Source: Hydrolagus affinis
Lineage: Eukaryota
Assembly: GCA_012026655.1 (NCBI GenBank)
Contig: JAAILG010000360.1
Location: 1 to 64,000, forward strand
DNA length: 64,000 nucleotides
Direction: 5' to 3'
The notes beneath the pieces are model-generated. The model worked only from the letters and a program-made list of their open reading frames with translations, was not told where the DNA came from and did not search any database. The position numbers were made by a program, and so were the translations under genes. Shown one piece after another: positions 49,769 to 63,121 of this stretch (the first letter of the stretch is position 1; each line of letters starts with the position of its first letter).

Positions 49769-50409
49769 CCGTAAATCTCCACGTATAAAGCGCACTTTTT
49801 TACACGTCGGGAGATCTCGAAAGTTGGGGGTGCGCCTATACGCGGGTACAAGAAATTTCGGAAATACAGTAAACAGGAGGGGTGGCCGGCGCGCTGTCAG
49901 CCGGGGTTTGGTCACTGTGTCCGGCGGGGGTTGGGGGGAGCAGGTGATGCGGCTTCGGCCTCGGCCGCCCGGGCAGCGGCAACAGCAGCGGACTTCAGTG
50001 CTGTGCCTGCTGCCTGCCTTCTGCCGAACCCAGTCTGCCTGCCTCCCNNNNNNNNNNNNNNNNNNNNNNNNNNNNNNNNNNNNNNNNNNNNNNNNNNNNN
50101 NNNNNNNNNNNNNNNNNNNNNNNNNNNNNNNNNNNNNNNNNNNNNNNNNNNNNNNNNNNNNNNNNNNNNNNNNNNNNNNNNTGCCTGCCTGCCTCTCTCC
50201 CTCCCTCCCTCCCTCCCTGCCTCCCTCTCTCCCTCCCTGCCTGCCTGCCTGCCTCCCTCTCTCTCTCCCTACCTACCTGTCTCTCCTGTCTCTCCTCCCT
50301 TCTGCCGGCAATATCATCGAAAATGCTTCCGTTTTTTTTCACCAAGAAAAGGTCAAAAGTGGGGGGTGCGCCTTATACGCGAGTGCGCCTTATACGCGGG
50401 TATTTACGG
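49769..50409. mobile_element. Non-autonomous mariner/pogo-type element (young, CpG-rich)
   Basis: TA|CCGTAAATCTCCACGTATAAAGCGCAC ... GTGCGCCTTATACGCGGGTATTTACGG|TA. Confidence 0.85.
50048..50181. other. Assembly gap (N run) within a (CCTG/CCCT)n repeat
   Basis: 134 N characters. Confidence 1.
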
Positions 50410-52393
50410 TATATATTATAGTCATGTTAAAAATAAGTGATAACTAGTATACAATATATTCCCAAACTGGCAAGACCAAACTGTAAAAACACAAAGATGA
50501 GGGATCTTTAGCTCAACTCTTTTATCATTTAGGTATCTAGTTACTTTGATTTTTTTGATAGGGATAATTAACTTACGGCATTACAATTTTTTTTGAAAAT
50601 TATGAATGGTACTTAATGCAGTCCAGAAACCTATCAGATTTAAACCGCTAACTAGAGTCTATAATGACAAATTAAAAGTCTCCTGACACCGCTATATTAA
50701 ATTACACATGTAGCAGAGGGCCAGGATAAATAAGATAGGTTTGTTATTTCAAGAAGATGGAACCTACACAGCACTGATTACATCCTGCCACAACCCTAAT
50801 GCACCCATTAGAGTTAAGTGGACTAAAGCCCCCGGAGTCCAATATAGAATGTTTACTTAGAAATGGATACAGATCACAGCACATACCACATGGTTAAATG
50901 ATAAATTAAAATTAATTGTTTAAAATTCTACACCAATCCAATCTGACCTCCAAGAGGCTTATAGACAAGAGAGCAAGGGTGATGAATACAGATAATGTAA
51001 GTGGTAACCCTCATCTATAACACAAGCTGTGAGTGAGGGCATTTATCAATGGATTCTGGTAAAATGAGGTTGCATTATTAAACAACACATTCCTGTGTTC
51101 AATGATGACATATTCTAAATTAGCACACCAAGGGAGGATCAAATACATTTATTCAATATTGAGTAAGTGGTTTGATCACAAAATGGGTAGCTTTCTCTTT
51201 GGCATAAAGTTTTTCCTCCATGGAGGAAAACCTTGTCTGTAAACCTTAATCTCGGATGAGCAGTTACTAAACTGCAATGATTGCAATGCATTGGTGATTC
51301 TAAATTAGTTTATCCCCAGTTAACAGCTAGCTTTTCCTTTTTAAAAAAAAACTTGCCAGTTAATTTCATGAAAATATTAGATTCTGGTTTCCTATTTAAT
51401 GGATCAATAAACATTGATAACCTTAACCTTAACCCTTAGGGTTAGGATTAAAAAATATGGATTGAACAACAAAGATTAATCTCTTGATCACTCTATTTCT
51501 ACAATGATAGCATTTGTGCTAATCACCAACTGTTCTGGGTGTAAGTAGCAGTATTGTGGGATAGCTTCAATTTTCCAGTTAGGTCTTGCTGTAGTGGCTT
51601 AGTACCATCATAAAATTGTCAACAGAATAAGTTTACTATACCAAATAAGAAAACATGCATACCTTAGAACCGCATCATCATTATCTGCAAAATCTTGAGT
51701 GAATTACCTGCATCTTTGGACACAAAGAAAACAGCAAAGATAACTAACAGTTTATAATGAAGGGTGAACTGTCAATCGTAAGTTGTTTTTTATTTCTATG
51801 GAATTCTAATTAAAATTAATTTTTATACCAAACATTATGCAAAGATTGGAGCAGATTAATTGTTTTAAGAGTTTGTGAGGAATATTTAAAATATGCTGTT
51901 TTTTTTAAAAAAAGTGGTGCATTTGAATGAGATAACAGACGGTGCTTCATCAAACCACTCAGTATACAATAATTTCATTAAAATAGATTTATCAGTGTAT
52001 ATAAATGAAAATCCAGTTACACCCAGAAGATATATTTTTATTTCCAAATCCCCTTTCTAAGTAGATAGATGATAAAAGAAGGGACATCATTTCAACATGA
52101 TCTTATTTTACACAATTAGGACAATCAGGATACTCGGGATTCCACAAAATACTAAGGAAAGCATTTTTGAAGCTATACAACTCAAGTAATGTAACAAACA
52201 CTAATTTACAGGTACACCATTTAATATTTATTATATGCATTTTATATACATTACTTTTAAACAGCTGTATTTTAGCTATGTGGTACAATCTTAAAAATTT
52301 ACTTAATCATGTATTTAAAACAAAAACCTTACAAAACTCATCAGAACTCGCAAACTCATCAGAAATCTTTCCGTGGAAGACTAGAAAAAATAC

Positions 52394-52399
52394 TTTATT
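52394..52399 (-). terminator. Candidate STRN3 polyadenylation signal
   Basis: TTTATT on + (AATAAA on -), ~1.3 kb beyond the stop, at the end of an AT-rich region without recognised repeats. Confidence 0.45.
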
Positions 52400-53731
52400 G
52401 TATTAATCATGCATTACACAAACAAAATCTTTAGTTACACCATAAAGTGAAGCACTTCTGTAAAGCAGGGATAGCTAGACCAAACACAGCAGATTTCTGA
52501 ATCTTGATTTGGCTATTTCTGTATCCTATATTTTAATTCAAAATAAAACCTTTTTCACTCCAGATTTCACACAAATTCTTCAGTTCCACGGATTAGGGTC
52601 AAGCCCCTAAAAACAAGTAAATCAGACAGGAAATCTTGGGCTGTGATATAAACAATGTTCCATCTTAAGCCTATGTTTAGAGCTCTCTAGTCTTCTGCCA
52701 GAGTCCCATGTTAGACAAAGATATACAGGGTCTGTTAACACACACAATACATATAGGATATAAAGACCAACAGAAAAGTGAAATAAATAACAGTAGGCCA
52801 ATAGCATTAAGATGGCTAACCCTTGATAAATAAACTTGTAAATACAGTAAGATGTACAAAATATCACATAGTGATAGGATGCTATAATTTTTTTTAAAAG
52901 AGTTAATAATGGGCAATAAACCCTCTGTGTTTCATTTCAACACATTTTACAGTTTTCAATGATTACGTTTAACAGCTTTTATACTGATGTTAAAAGTAGC
53001 ATCCACGTGGAAGGACTCACTGAGGATTTTTTTTCTTATTTAAGCTGGAGAATGGAAGAATGCGGTTACATAATAGTGGGTCAGTGAGGGCGGTTTGATT
53101 GTGTTTAAAGTCAATGAAACATTCAGTATTAACCCTGTTTGGAGCATTATTCTGACAGGAAAAATATACAAAAGACTTATAAAAACTAGACATCCTGTCA
53201 AAAAATTCTGTAAAATTAAGGTTAAAATATATTTAATTTCTATTTTCTTTTTAATGTCGAAAGTTGATTAAAAGTATGCTTGGTGCTGCAAAACTAATAA
53301 AGGAATTGAAGGATGGCATTCTATGGTTTATTTGTAAGCTCACTTCCCACCATTGCACCACAATCCTAACCATAAGGCAGGACACAAGAGCCCAAAGAAT
53401 TTACTGCTGTAAGAATAAATTCCACATGACTTTGAATACACCTACATAACAGTAAATTAGCTCAGTTCAAATCCAGTCAAGGCTACAAATACTGGTTTAT
53501 TTTTTAATTACAGTAATTACAGGTAAATGAGTTAGCCTGACATTATTCAAGGATTTGTTGATACTTGACCACTCAGCACCTGCCCATACTGGTCTACAAT
53601 GAAGACCATTGTTCAGGCAGAACAGACTGGTACTTAGTGTCGCACGATAACCGGGTAACTAATGGCAGTGAAACGATTCCTGTTCATTTCCAGCTCACCG
53701 CTGTTATGGAGGCAGATGTATTTAGCAATTG

Positions 53732-53901
53732 TTACACAAACACTTTAGCAAGGGCATCTGCTCCTGCACTAGCAATATACGCCTTTGATGGATGAAAGGC
53801 TACATCATAAATAGATTCATCACACTTCTTCCGATGGGCAGTAATTTCTTGAACACATGTCTTGCTATCCAAGTTCCATAGGCGAATAGAACAGTCATGA
53901 C
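53732..53901 (-). CDS. STRN3: STRN3 terminal exon (S)HDCSIRLWNLDSKTCVQEITAHRKKCDESIYDVAFHPSKAYIASAGADALAKVFV*
   Basis: Striatin-family C-terminal WD40 repeat; DESIYDVAFH and position tail-to-tail with COCH indicate STRN3. Confidence 0.97.
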
Positions 53902-54159
53902 CTGGGTAAATTTGGAAAGAAAACAATGTTACTTTTTAAGTTATTAAGCATAGTTAGTGAATAACAGGTCATAATAATCACACGTTTGGAGGTATATGTT
54001 CAATTCAAAAACACATTCAGAAACTGGCCAGAATATTTAATAAACAAAAAATGGTATTTTGAGGGCTTTTAAGGAAATACCTTTAGAAAAATAGGTAAAG
54101 AATGTACTATTTTTGAGATTTCAGATATTTTGGAAACTTTATGATTGATTTAGAACAAC

Positions 54160-54480
54160 AACAAAATTAGATTTGTTCACGTCGGGAGGATGGCCCAGGC
54201 GCTGGACAGACCCAAGCTGGGAGTGGGGTTTGGGGAGAGTGGAAGCAGGGGGCGAAGGAAGGTGATCGAAAGTACGGTCAAAGAGAAGGGCCTTGAAGTG
54301 GGTCTTGAAGGAGGCAAGGGATGGGGTGAGGCAGAGGGACTGCGGGATGTAGTTCAAGAGGGTGGAGGCAGAATGGCTGAAGGCCCATCCGCCAATGGTG
54401 GGGCAAGCCAGGCAAGGGACGAAAAGCAGCCAGAATCTACAGTGTGGAGGGACCGGGTAGGTTGGTAGTGGATTAGGAGG
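54160..54480 (-). mobile_element. L2 LINE 3' fragment
   Basis: Minus-strand peptide ..SLASFKTHFKALLFDRTF plus L2 tail. Confidence 0.75.
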
Positions 54481-54566
54481 AACACAAAGAGGAACACAAT
54501 CTAAATTTATGGAAAAATACTAAATCACAATTTACTAGACGTATTAATAAAGAACAAGTCACGCAC

Positions 54567-54653
54567 TTCCCGACATCAAGTAGATTCCATTCGGATCCAC
54601 TGCCAGACTTGTTACAGCATCCAGGTGAGCGACCATAGCATGAATCAATTTAC
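54567..54653 (-). CDS. STRN3: STRN3 exon GKLIHAMVAHLDAVTSLAVDPNGIYLMSG
   Basis: 87 nt, phase 1 to 1, donor GTGCGT. Confidence 0.97.
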
Positions 54654-54876
54654 CTAAATAAAATTAATCACATGTTTAGAGAAAGACAAGATTTTGTAAC
54701 TTTATACTCATATTCCTCGCAAATTTCTTAATAACTGCTGACGTGACTGCCATATTGTTGAACTAACTTACCAAAGTGTACCAATACAGTAATGCTGCTT
54801 CACAGTCTGCAGAATCATCACATATTTTTAAAGAACAAAAATGTACAAACATTTATAAATCCATATTTATTCCACA

Positions 54877-55126
54877 CACCTAGATTTGCTTTTGTTCACC
54901 ATCTTTCACGTATGGTAGCCCATCATCATGTTTCGGAGCATTCAAATTACAGAAGGTTCTATATCTGCATGATATCCATTTGACGCGAAAAAGTGGGCGA
55001 GAGGGTATATTTTCAATCAAATGGAAATGATGCATATGTAGAACCCTCGGTAGTTTGGAGGCTCCTAAGCCTGATGATGGACTTCCATGTGTCAGATACC
55101 CGGCTGAACAAAAACAAATCTAGGTG
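54877..55126. repeat. Long imperfect inverted repeat (foldback MITE-like)
   Basis: CACCTAGATTTGCTTTTGTTCA / TGAACAAAAACAAATCTAGGTG, with further paired blocks inward. Confidence 0.8.
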
Positions 55127-55563
55127 AGCTGAAACATCACAGGCAATCACAGTTTTGATTTTCACACTTTTTTAAAAAAAATTGTAATGTTAGAATACAT
55201 AATTATAAGCTTACTCTCTGCATCCTGTATGAGATACAAAGCAAAAGCAACAGATTGCATGAATATGAATTAGTTAGATACAGAGAATATGGAAATTAGC
55301 CATGGACACAGTTTGACTCATTAAGAACTAGAAGACAGATCCGTAGGTTTAACGTGCATCAGATCCAAAATGTGCTAATATTACAATATCAAAGTTTGAG
55401 AAAATGCCATTTTATACTAAACACATTAGACTTTCTGCAATAACAGGACAGAAATTCCAAAACATACACGAAGTTGCATGGGTAATTAGGATATTAATGT
55501 TGTCTGGTTCGGGTAAACTAACAGACCTAGAAATGATATGGTTGTCAACTTTTAATTACTTAC

Positions 55564-55671
55564 CCGTCTTATTGTCAAAAAACTTAATGTGCCTGTCTTC
55601 ATGAGCAGTGATGGTAACAGGCAGGGTGGGATGGCTGACAACCCTATTGATCTGATTGGCTAAAGGAGAAG
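55564..55671 (-). CDS. STRN3: STRN3 exon ASPLANQINRVVSHPTLPVTITAHEDRHIKFFDNKT
   Basis: 108 nt, phase 1 to 1. Confidence 0.97.
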
Positions 55672-56627
55672 CTGTAAAAACAGAGCAAGACAAAAACTGA
55701 ACAAAAACCAATTTGGTCAAAAAATAAGAAAATCACAAATCATACCAACACTGTCTCATATTATAACTACATCAGACTGATGGGCATTTTGACAAAGCGT
55801 GAAAAATACCAAAATAATCTAATTCAGTTGCAATAACAACCTCAGAACTGAAACTTTCTGATAAATTATGCAGTTTTATTTAAGCAAGGGAAGATCATTG
55901 TAAAGCAGCTGTTCCTTAGATTGACCTTTTTAAGGCTGAACTGAATATTTAAGTGTCCAAATGAATAAATTCACAGGAATACTATTTATCCAAAGTCCAT
56001 TCCACTATTTTCTTTATTAAGAAGGCAACCAAAGATTTCAGCTGAGATTATGATTTGTGTAAACAGTTATTGCAATGTTCAACAGGATTGCACAATTCTA
56101 CCACAGATGAGGCAGGGTACAAAAGCAAAAACATTCATTTTGTACAATTTCCTTTTGGTCAGGGCTAAACTTTAAAAAAGGGTCACTTTAACATACTGAA
56201 AATGTGTGGACTTATGTTTTCATGATTCAACTGGATACGAATTCAGTGGAAGTAAATTAAAACAGGCCCGAGTTTGAGCTGTTGTGATGGAAGCCACCTC
56301 AACCAGAACACAGAAATGATCCAATGGGGGAAAATGAACTAATACCTCCCAGAAAAGGTTCTCTATTCAACCAGCATGGGAACGAAAACTTACAAGCAGT
56401 ACCCTTAACTCCGCAATGCTAGTGAATTAAATTTTTTTTAGGATGGTCCGGAGACACAAAAATAAACAGTCCCTCTTATCATTCTCCTCACTAACTAGAT
56501 AAGCCAAGTTAACAAGTATGTAGAGGAGACTGTAGTAAAGAACACAATTGTCAAAATTGACAAGAATTTTTAAAAAAAATTAAAAACGGGTTCACACTGA
56601 ATATCTGCTTATTTTCCTTGCACTCAC

Positions 56628-56768
56628 CAGCATCTACCTGGGATTCTAATTTGACCAAAGGCTGAGATGTTTCCAAGTCATAAATTGTTGTGTTGCCGGT
56701 ATTGAAAGAGCCCACAACCTGGGCAGGATCCGCACCTACAAAGTCAACTGACGTAGGAATTCCATTCT
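56628..56768 (-). CDS. STRN3: STRN3 exon ENGIPTSVDFVGADPAQVVGSFNTGNTTIYDLETSQPLVKLESQVDA
   Basis: 141 nt, phase 1 to 1. Confidence 0.96.
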
Positions 56769-57233
56769 CTGAAAAATAAGTTGAAACAGATTAACAGCTT
56801 GGCATAGATATTACAGGCAATAATAAACATTAACCACAACATACCACTCAGCACTTTGCCAAGACTTCATCATATTTAAATTATGGTATTGAGTAATTTC
56901 TAATTTTAAAAAATTGGTCCAAACAACACACACAATGACTGAAATGGGGCATTACTAAAATTCAATACAGTGATCTTAAAATGATTCTGGAACCTCATAT
57001 ACCTCCAATTGCACTCTTAGTGAGAGAGAGCAAGAGGACTTTACCCATCCATTAATTGTCATTGCCTAAAGAATTGCTTTCTTAACTCAAGAATTTAGAT
57101 TTTTATATTTAAAATATAATCCAGAAAATAGTATTCTACTTTGATACATACACACATATACAGAATTATTTTTTCCTCTTATCTTATGTATCTAAATATA
57201 AAGACCCAAGTACTGAGAATGTTTTATACTTAC

Positions 57234-57401
57234 CCTTTTCTACATTGTAAGTGCTGAGGCAGGGTGCCTTCTCAGTTGGGTTCCATAACCTAATAGTGCC
57301 ATCTGCTGAGCAAGATAGCAACCTGTTCTTTATACCGCTAAATGAAAGACCCCATACCGCATCTTTATGAGCCACCAAAGTGTTTAAAATAACATTTGGA
57401 T
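57234..57401 (-). CDS. STRN3: STRN3 exon DPNVILNTLVAHKDAVWGLSFSGIKNRLLSCSADGTIRLWNPTEKAPCLSTYNVEK
   Basis: 168 nt WD40 repeat. Confidence 0.97.
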
Positions 57402-59416
57402 CTGCAGACAAAGAAGAAACAAAAGTACTGTAGTAAGAATCTTGTCAGAATTATTTAATGTTTTCTTGAAATAATTCTTGAACAACATCATGAATATGAC
57501 ATTTAGATTCAATTATCGATTCCAAGTGAATGTGACCTTGACAACAACAAAATTAATTTGTAGCATGCCTTTCACGTTCGGAGGACGTCCCATTGACAAC
57601 GGGCCATTGGAGTTTTAAACATTCGTAATAATACAGTAATGAAACAAACGTTCATTAGCATGCTACCTAAAATGAGAATAGTCACAAGCTTAGCCCCCAT
57701 AAAGATGATGTTATTTTAGGATTCCAAATGAAAATACTTCAGGAATGCCAAGCTGATTGAAAAGTAGGGCTGCCTAAAGACCATTTTCCTCTGTGTAGTA
57801 TGTTCGTACAAGCAAGTTGAATCAATAAGAATCAATGCAAAGCTTATGTGTGGGGGCTAAGCAGGATTGTCTACATCCTTCAATTTACAAATAGCTTGAA
57901 AAATGAAGCCAACTTTATCTATCCATGAAAGCTATTTTTTTTTCCAACATCTAAAATTATTATGCCCTGCTGTTGTGTCTTGCAAACATCAGCTTTCCCA
58001 AAATGTGAGAAAGTTAACTGAAAGATGACAATACTTGATCAGAATTATAATGTCCATTGGCCTCTTTAATCTTCATAATTGTGTTCATACTGATTACTTT
58101 CATTAGATTTATATGCAAAAGCCAATATCATTATGCATTCATTAAGGCAAAGCTGCACTATTGCGTTGCCTCGTTTTCAAATTCTGCACTACACGGCACT
58201 AACTATTAGAAAGTCACATTGACAGTTGAGAAAGCATTTCAGTTAAAAACTAATCATTGGAAAGTTGTGCAAAATATACATCTGTGGGACACTTGGCCTT
58301 TGGGTTTAAATGGTTCCTTTGTTTCCTTCTTGATAGAGGTATGTATATTTTGAATACAATAATAATTCTTGCAAAATGAGTAATTTGTCTAAAGCTGTTA
58401 AAACATTAGTATTCAAATATGTTTCTGTGTGCCACTGATGTACCACCATGTTCAATCCCAACCTCGAGTGCATAGAATAATTTGAGTCACATAATGAATT
58501 ACGTGCAGACAGCTAACTGCACACCTTTTCCACTATTTATAAATAACTGAATTGAAAATCTTCTCATCTCTCCACCCTTACTCTTTTTGATGTTTTGAGA
58601 AATTATTCCTATCAATGAGTAATTCTTACAATCTTCATTAAAATTCGCACAAATGCACAGTAATGAACTTGCACACTGGGTGGTTTACAAATGTATTAAG
58701 GCTACCCTTAAGAAATGGTATGAATGTATTAAAAGTATAGCTGCTGACCTTATTTCATACAAGCTCAAACAGTTTTCATATCTTTCCATGTTTCAGTTAA
58801 ATTCCACTTGATCAAGCTTGTGAATTTACTTTGAGAAAGCAAAGACTACAAGAAGGGCAAACGCTGTATTTGGAAAAAAATACTTCCAATCCAAACCTGA
58901 GAAATTCCATACATTTTTCTTTCTTAGCTATGGGAAATGGTCATTTTTTTTTAAAAAACTAGGAATTTGAATAATGGTCTATATTGATAAACTGCTCAAA
59001 TTGGATCAAAGAAAACTTTTCTCAAACCACCAAACGAAAGGGGCATGTTACACCTGAGAGAGAAATTTGAAACTCCCTACTTACTAGACCAGCACCAATC
59101 ACAATAGTCAGATGAGAAGCCCTTTTATTTATCTAATTTCATTGCTTGGAAATACCAAACCATTCCAGAATAAAGCTCATTCCTAAATATGGCCTGTGTG
59201 CTGACCACAAAGACTTTTCCAGGTGACCAGTTCCAGTTACAAATAAATATTTAAGAATGCCTTTCCCAATTTGCCTTTTACAACCCTGAATTTGTGTACT
59301 GTTCAGAGGTAGGTCTCCATAGACATGCCAACAGTTCAAGAGTTCTATTGAGCCTTTCAAAAACAAATGAAAAGAATGTTTTATTTTAAAAACACAATTT
59401 TTCAATCTGCACCTAC

Positions 59417-59538
59417 CGTATGTATCATACGGATCAACATTGGGACTAGGCATGTTCCAGCATCGTATAGTTGCATCAATTCCACCACTGAAACACTGTT
59501 CACCATTAGGACTGACAGCCAAAGATAACACAGGTCCA
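59417..59538 (-). CDS. STRN3: STRN3 exon GPVLSLAVSPNGEQCFSGGIDATIRCWNMPSPNVDPYDTY
   Basis: 122 nt, phase 2 to 1. Confidence 0.97.
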
Positions 59539-59904
59539 CTGAAAAACAAACAGTAGGAGTTAGAAGAGTATTCACAACAATTTTATTTAACATTGCTGTC
59601 ACTGTATCATGTGCTGTATGTGACCATGCAAATTTATACAGATTTTTTTTTTAAAATCACACTATATGTCAGCAAAGGTTGTTGCAAGTGAAGCATTATT
59701 CAGTCATATTGTTGAGTTACTGTCACAACAGGAATAATGCACATAAAATATATGGAGCTTGTGATCTTGTAATGCCTAACTAACTTTTGGAAGAATTAAC
59801 AGAAAGATTTAAGTTATCAGCCATTTGGAATTTGGTTTGGAAGTCTCAAGTTATAAAGAGCTGTCTATCCACATTTTCAATTATCAACCACAACTTTCTA
59901 ATAA

Positions 59905-60221
59905 AGTCCTGTAGCTCAGTGGTTGGAATCCTGTGGTTCAGTGGTCAGAGCATACGTCTTACAAGCAAGAGACCTGGTTTTAAGTCCCGGCAGGGAGAAA
60001 CCTTGGGCAAGTTTCCTTACTCCATATGCCTGATAATAATCCCTCAAAAAAACAATAATTTAATTTGGTCCTCAATCCACGACTGTTTGTGGGACACTGC
60101 TGTGTGCAATTGGCTGCCGCATTTCGCCCACAAATATACAGTCAATTCACTTTACAGAATATACTGTGGAATGTCTAGAATATGTGAAAAGCGCTTTATC
60201 AAATGCAAGGGTTATTATTAT
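59905..60221 (+). mobile_element. DeuSINE-like tRNA SINE with duplicated 5' head
   Basis: TCCTGTAGCTCAGTGGTT repeated at ~59907 and ~59928; core and tail intact. Confidence 0.85.
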
Positions 60222-60448
60222 AAAGATTGTTGGGCTACAGTGCTCCAGATAAACTACCAGTTAATAATGAAGATGTCTTTACATCAAGGGTTATTTTGTG
60301 TTTTTGTTCTTACTTATTTACCGCTTTAAGTTTGTAATCTTAGCCTTTATACAGTGCATGCTATATATTAGTTTTCTTAATATCTAAATAAAAATAAGAG
60401 CATAAGTAATTACATGCATTTTTGAATCACAAAAGTAATTTCACTTAC

Positions 60449-60496
60449 ATATGGGCTCTGAATGTGTAAATTGGCTCCACATCTAAAGAGGCACTC
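60449..60496 (-). CDS. STRN3: STRN3 exon (K)SASLDVEPIYTFRAH(I)
   Basis: 48 nt, phase 2 to 2. Confidence 0.96.
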
Positions 60497-60659
60497 CTGA
60501 AACAAAGATCAGCATTTTTAGTTTCAGCCATCTGAAACTCTATATGGTTTCAGATTACTATAGTTATGCAAACAGGAATCATAAACTTCTCAACTCATTT
60601 ATTTTATTATAGTTTTTCAGATGTTGATGGATCTAGAGATTATCTGCAATCTACAGATC

Positions 60660-60925
60660 TATTAAGATTAAAGATTATCATAGAATTATACAGTATAGAA
60701 GGAGGCCATTTGGCCCATCGTATCCATGAAAAAGCTGTCCAAATTAGTACCACTCTCCAGCAAATTTGTCCTCCCCAAATATCTATTTACAACCCTCTTG
60801 AAAGTTGTTATCGAATCGACTTCCACCTCCCTTTCGGGCAATGCTTTCCAGATCTGAACAACCCGCTATGTGAAAACATTTCTCCTCACCTCTCCTCTGG
60901 TTCTTTTGGCAACTATTTTAAATAA
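60660..60925 (-). mobile_element. CR1 LINE 3' end
   Basis: AGAAGGAGGCCATTTGGCCCATCG (reverse-strand CR1 3' UTR); similar to 3410-3600. Confidence 0.8.
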
Positions 60926-61976
60926 GCATGTGGCAATTAACCATAAAACCCATGAACATCAATGGGTTATGTGTAATGTAGTGGAACGTTACCATGTATC
61001 TCCTTCCCAGTAAACAACTGTATGTTATTACCACCACATAATCTACTGGATTTCCTAGATAATGTTTTCAAAATTAAGTTACTGTATTTTACCAAATATT
61101 TATTCCATTTTGGGAGTAACATTGGCAGAAGCAAAGGACAAAGTTAAAAAAAAAGCTTAATGTTAAGTAAGGTGGCAATAGCAAACTACTTTTGAATTCA
61201 TGCTTCATTAATCCTGATAAATGTGGAGAACAGCTTAATGAGAAAGGTCAAGAGTAAGAGACGAAGAGGGGAATGACAGAAAAAGATGAATCAAGATAGA
61301 AGACATTAATAGAGTGAAGTAAACTGACATACTGTTCACACAGTACACATCATGTTTTATTGACCTATGTATTGGAAGATTTACAAACTTACGACACAGA
61401 TTTTTGATCCTTAGGATGTGATGCAAAGCTTTTAATGTAATGTGTGTAACTCTTTTATTTCAACTGCTTTCAGATGTCAAAGCTTATCTTAGCAGGAGTT
61501 TCGTAACATGGAATTGTAATGAGCTGCAGGCTAGCAGATTAAGCAGCATAGTATTCTGACCAGATCCTCCCAGTTTTAGCCTCAATTCACTTGTTTTGGG
61601 TGGTAAGTTTTGGCAGCCATTAGCTTTGTTACTGGTTATAGATCTTGCAAATATCAGAACCATCTGCTTTGGGGCAGGTATAACATAAATGGAGAACAGT
61701 GCTCCAGTTAAATCAAGTCGTCACTTAACTGATTCTGAAATATTGACAGTAAAACATGTTAAAGTGCAGTTACAGATTTAATTCTTGTCGCTAAAGGGAA
61801 AATATTTGGTTGCAAGCAGCAGTAAGGAGGGGAAGGGAAAAAATTAGATTGAAGCAAAAAAAGTTGAGTTGAGGAAATCATATCAAAGTAATAGGTGGGT
61901 GCAAGTTTCTTATACTAATGGAAACATTATAATTGTATATAATTATACACTATGGACAATTGTAAAATCTCCTTAC

Positions 61977-62152
61977 TTTTTGGCAGGGACAGTTTTTTGC
62001 AAGTTCCAAAGCTTTAGGGTATGGTCTTCAGAGGCTGTAACCAGCACAGGCTCCACAGGATGAAAAGCTAATGAGCGAACTCCATCAAAGTGACTACGAA
62101 GGGTGTACTTGGGGTTCCACGTCTTCCTAAATGCATCCTTATTGGATGGTAA
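61977..62152 (-). CDS. STRN3: STRN3 exon LPSNKDAFRKTWNPKYTLRSHFDGVRSLAFHPVEPVLVTASEDHTLKLWNLQKTVPAK
   Basis: 176 nt, phase 0 to 2; first WD40 repeat of striatins. Confidence 0.98.
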
Positions 62153-62987
62153 CTGAGAGTGAATATAAAAGATAAATTACATGACTAGATGTTATATTTA
62201 AAAAAAGATAGAAAAGTAGAAAAAGCAGCAATACTAACAACCCATCCCCGCACAAATGTGTACAAAGTACTTGATGTTTCAAAACCAATTATTACCAACT
62301 TCATTATCCGAGAACAGGAAGGAATGTTAGAATTCTAAAGATGTTCCAGCGCCTTGGGACATCATATTGATGTGAAAGGCAGTGTACAAATGTGATTTGT
62401 GATTTTTACCCTTCTGTTGTGCCACTGAAGGTACTTGCTGGACTCCTGTTTTATCAGAGCTAGAAATGTCAGGTGGCAGGCAAGTCACTGTAAAGTTGTT
62501 GCAGAGTGCACACCAGTTTCAATAAGACCAGAAGCAATCAAATTCAGTCTGCTCTAATTGAAATTGTGTCTAATAGTTCAGTTTCTCCTTCAGCATCATG
62601 GCGCATACTAATATAGGAACTGACATTACCAGAAGTTGTTTATTTTATGTAGCTTACAAATTATTTCACCTTTAGGCTGTGTGTAATTACTCTGAGTGTG
62701 TCATGAAGAATTAGAATTACCACAGAACAAAGTATTGATTTGTTGGTACAGAAATGTGCAGTTGAAATCTACTTTGCCTCATATGTTGGCTCTTGCCAAC
62801 CTGTGCCTTATATTTTCAGGAATTAGGTAAGCAGGATGCGTCCCTCCAGGGAGAGAGTTCATTCCATTCCAACAGTCTATCTCTGGGATTTGTGTAGGTG
62901 AGATGCATGGAAATCTCAGCTTGGTTTGGATATTCTTAAGTATGGCAATGGATTTCCGTATGTGTCAGACACAAATAAAATACCTAC

Positions 62988-63121
62988 ATCATAGCTGAAA
63001 TCTGCATCATTCGCCACAGTCAAGTCTGCAAGGTCACCAAGGCCCAAAACACTTTCCAGCACGTCATCTGAACCCATAATAAAGGATTTCCCCGTTCCAG
63101 AAGGAAACGTCAAAGGTTCAG
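62988..63121 (-). CDS. STRN3: STRN3 exon AEPLTFPSGTGKSFIMGSDDVLESVLGLGDLADLTVANDADFSYD
   Basis: 134 nt, phase 1 to 0; the gene continues beyond the window end. Confidence 0.96.

Noticed and set aside
49824-50447. 207-aa and 169-aa ORFs
   Set aside because: They span an N gap and a simple repeat inside a non-autonomous transposon.
59787-60329. 180-aa plus-strand ORF
   Set aside because: Mostly a SINE copy, antisense within a STRN3 intron; no protein-like features.
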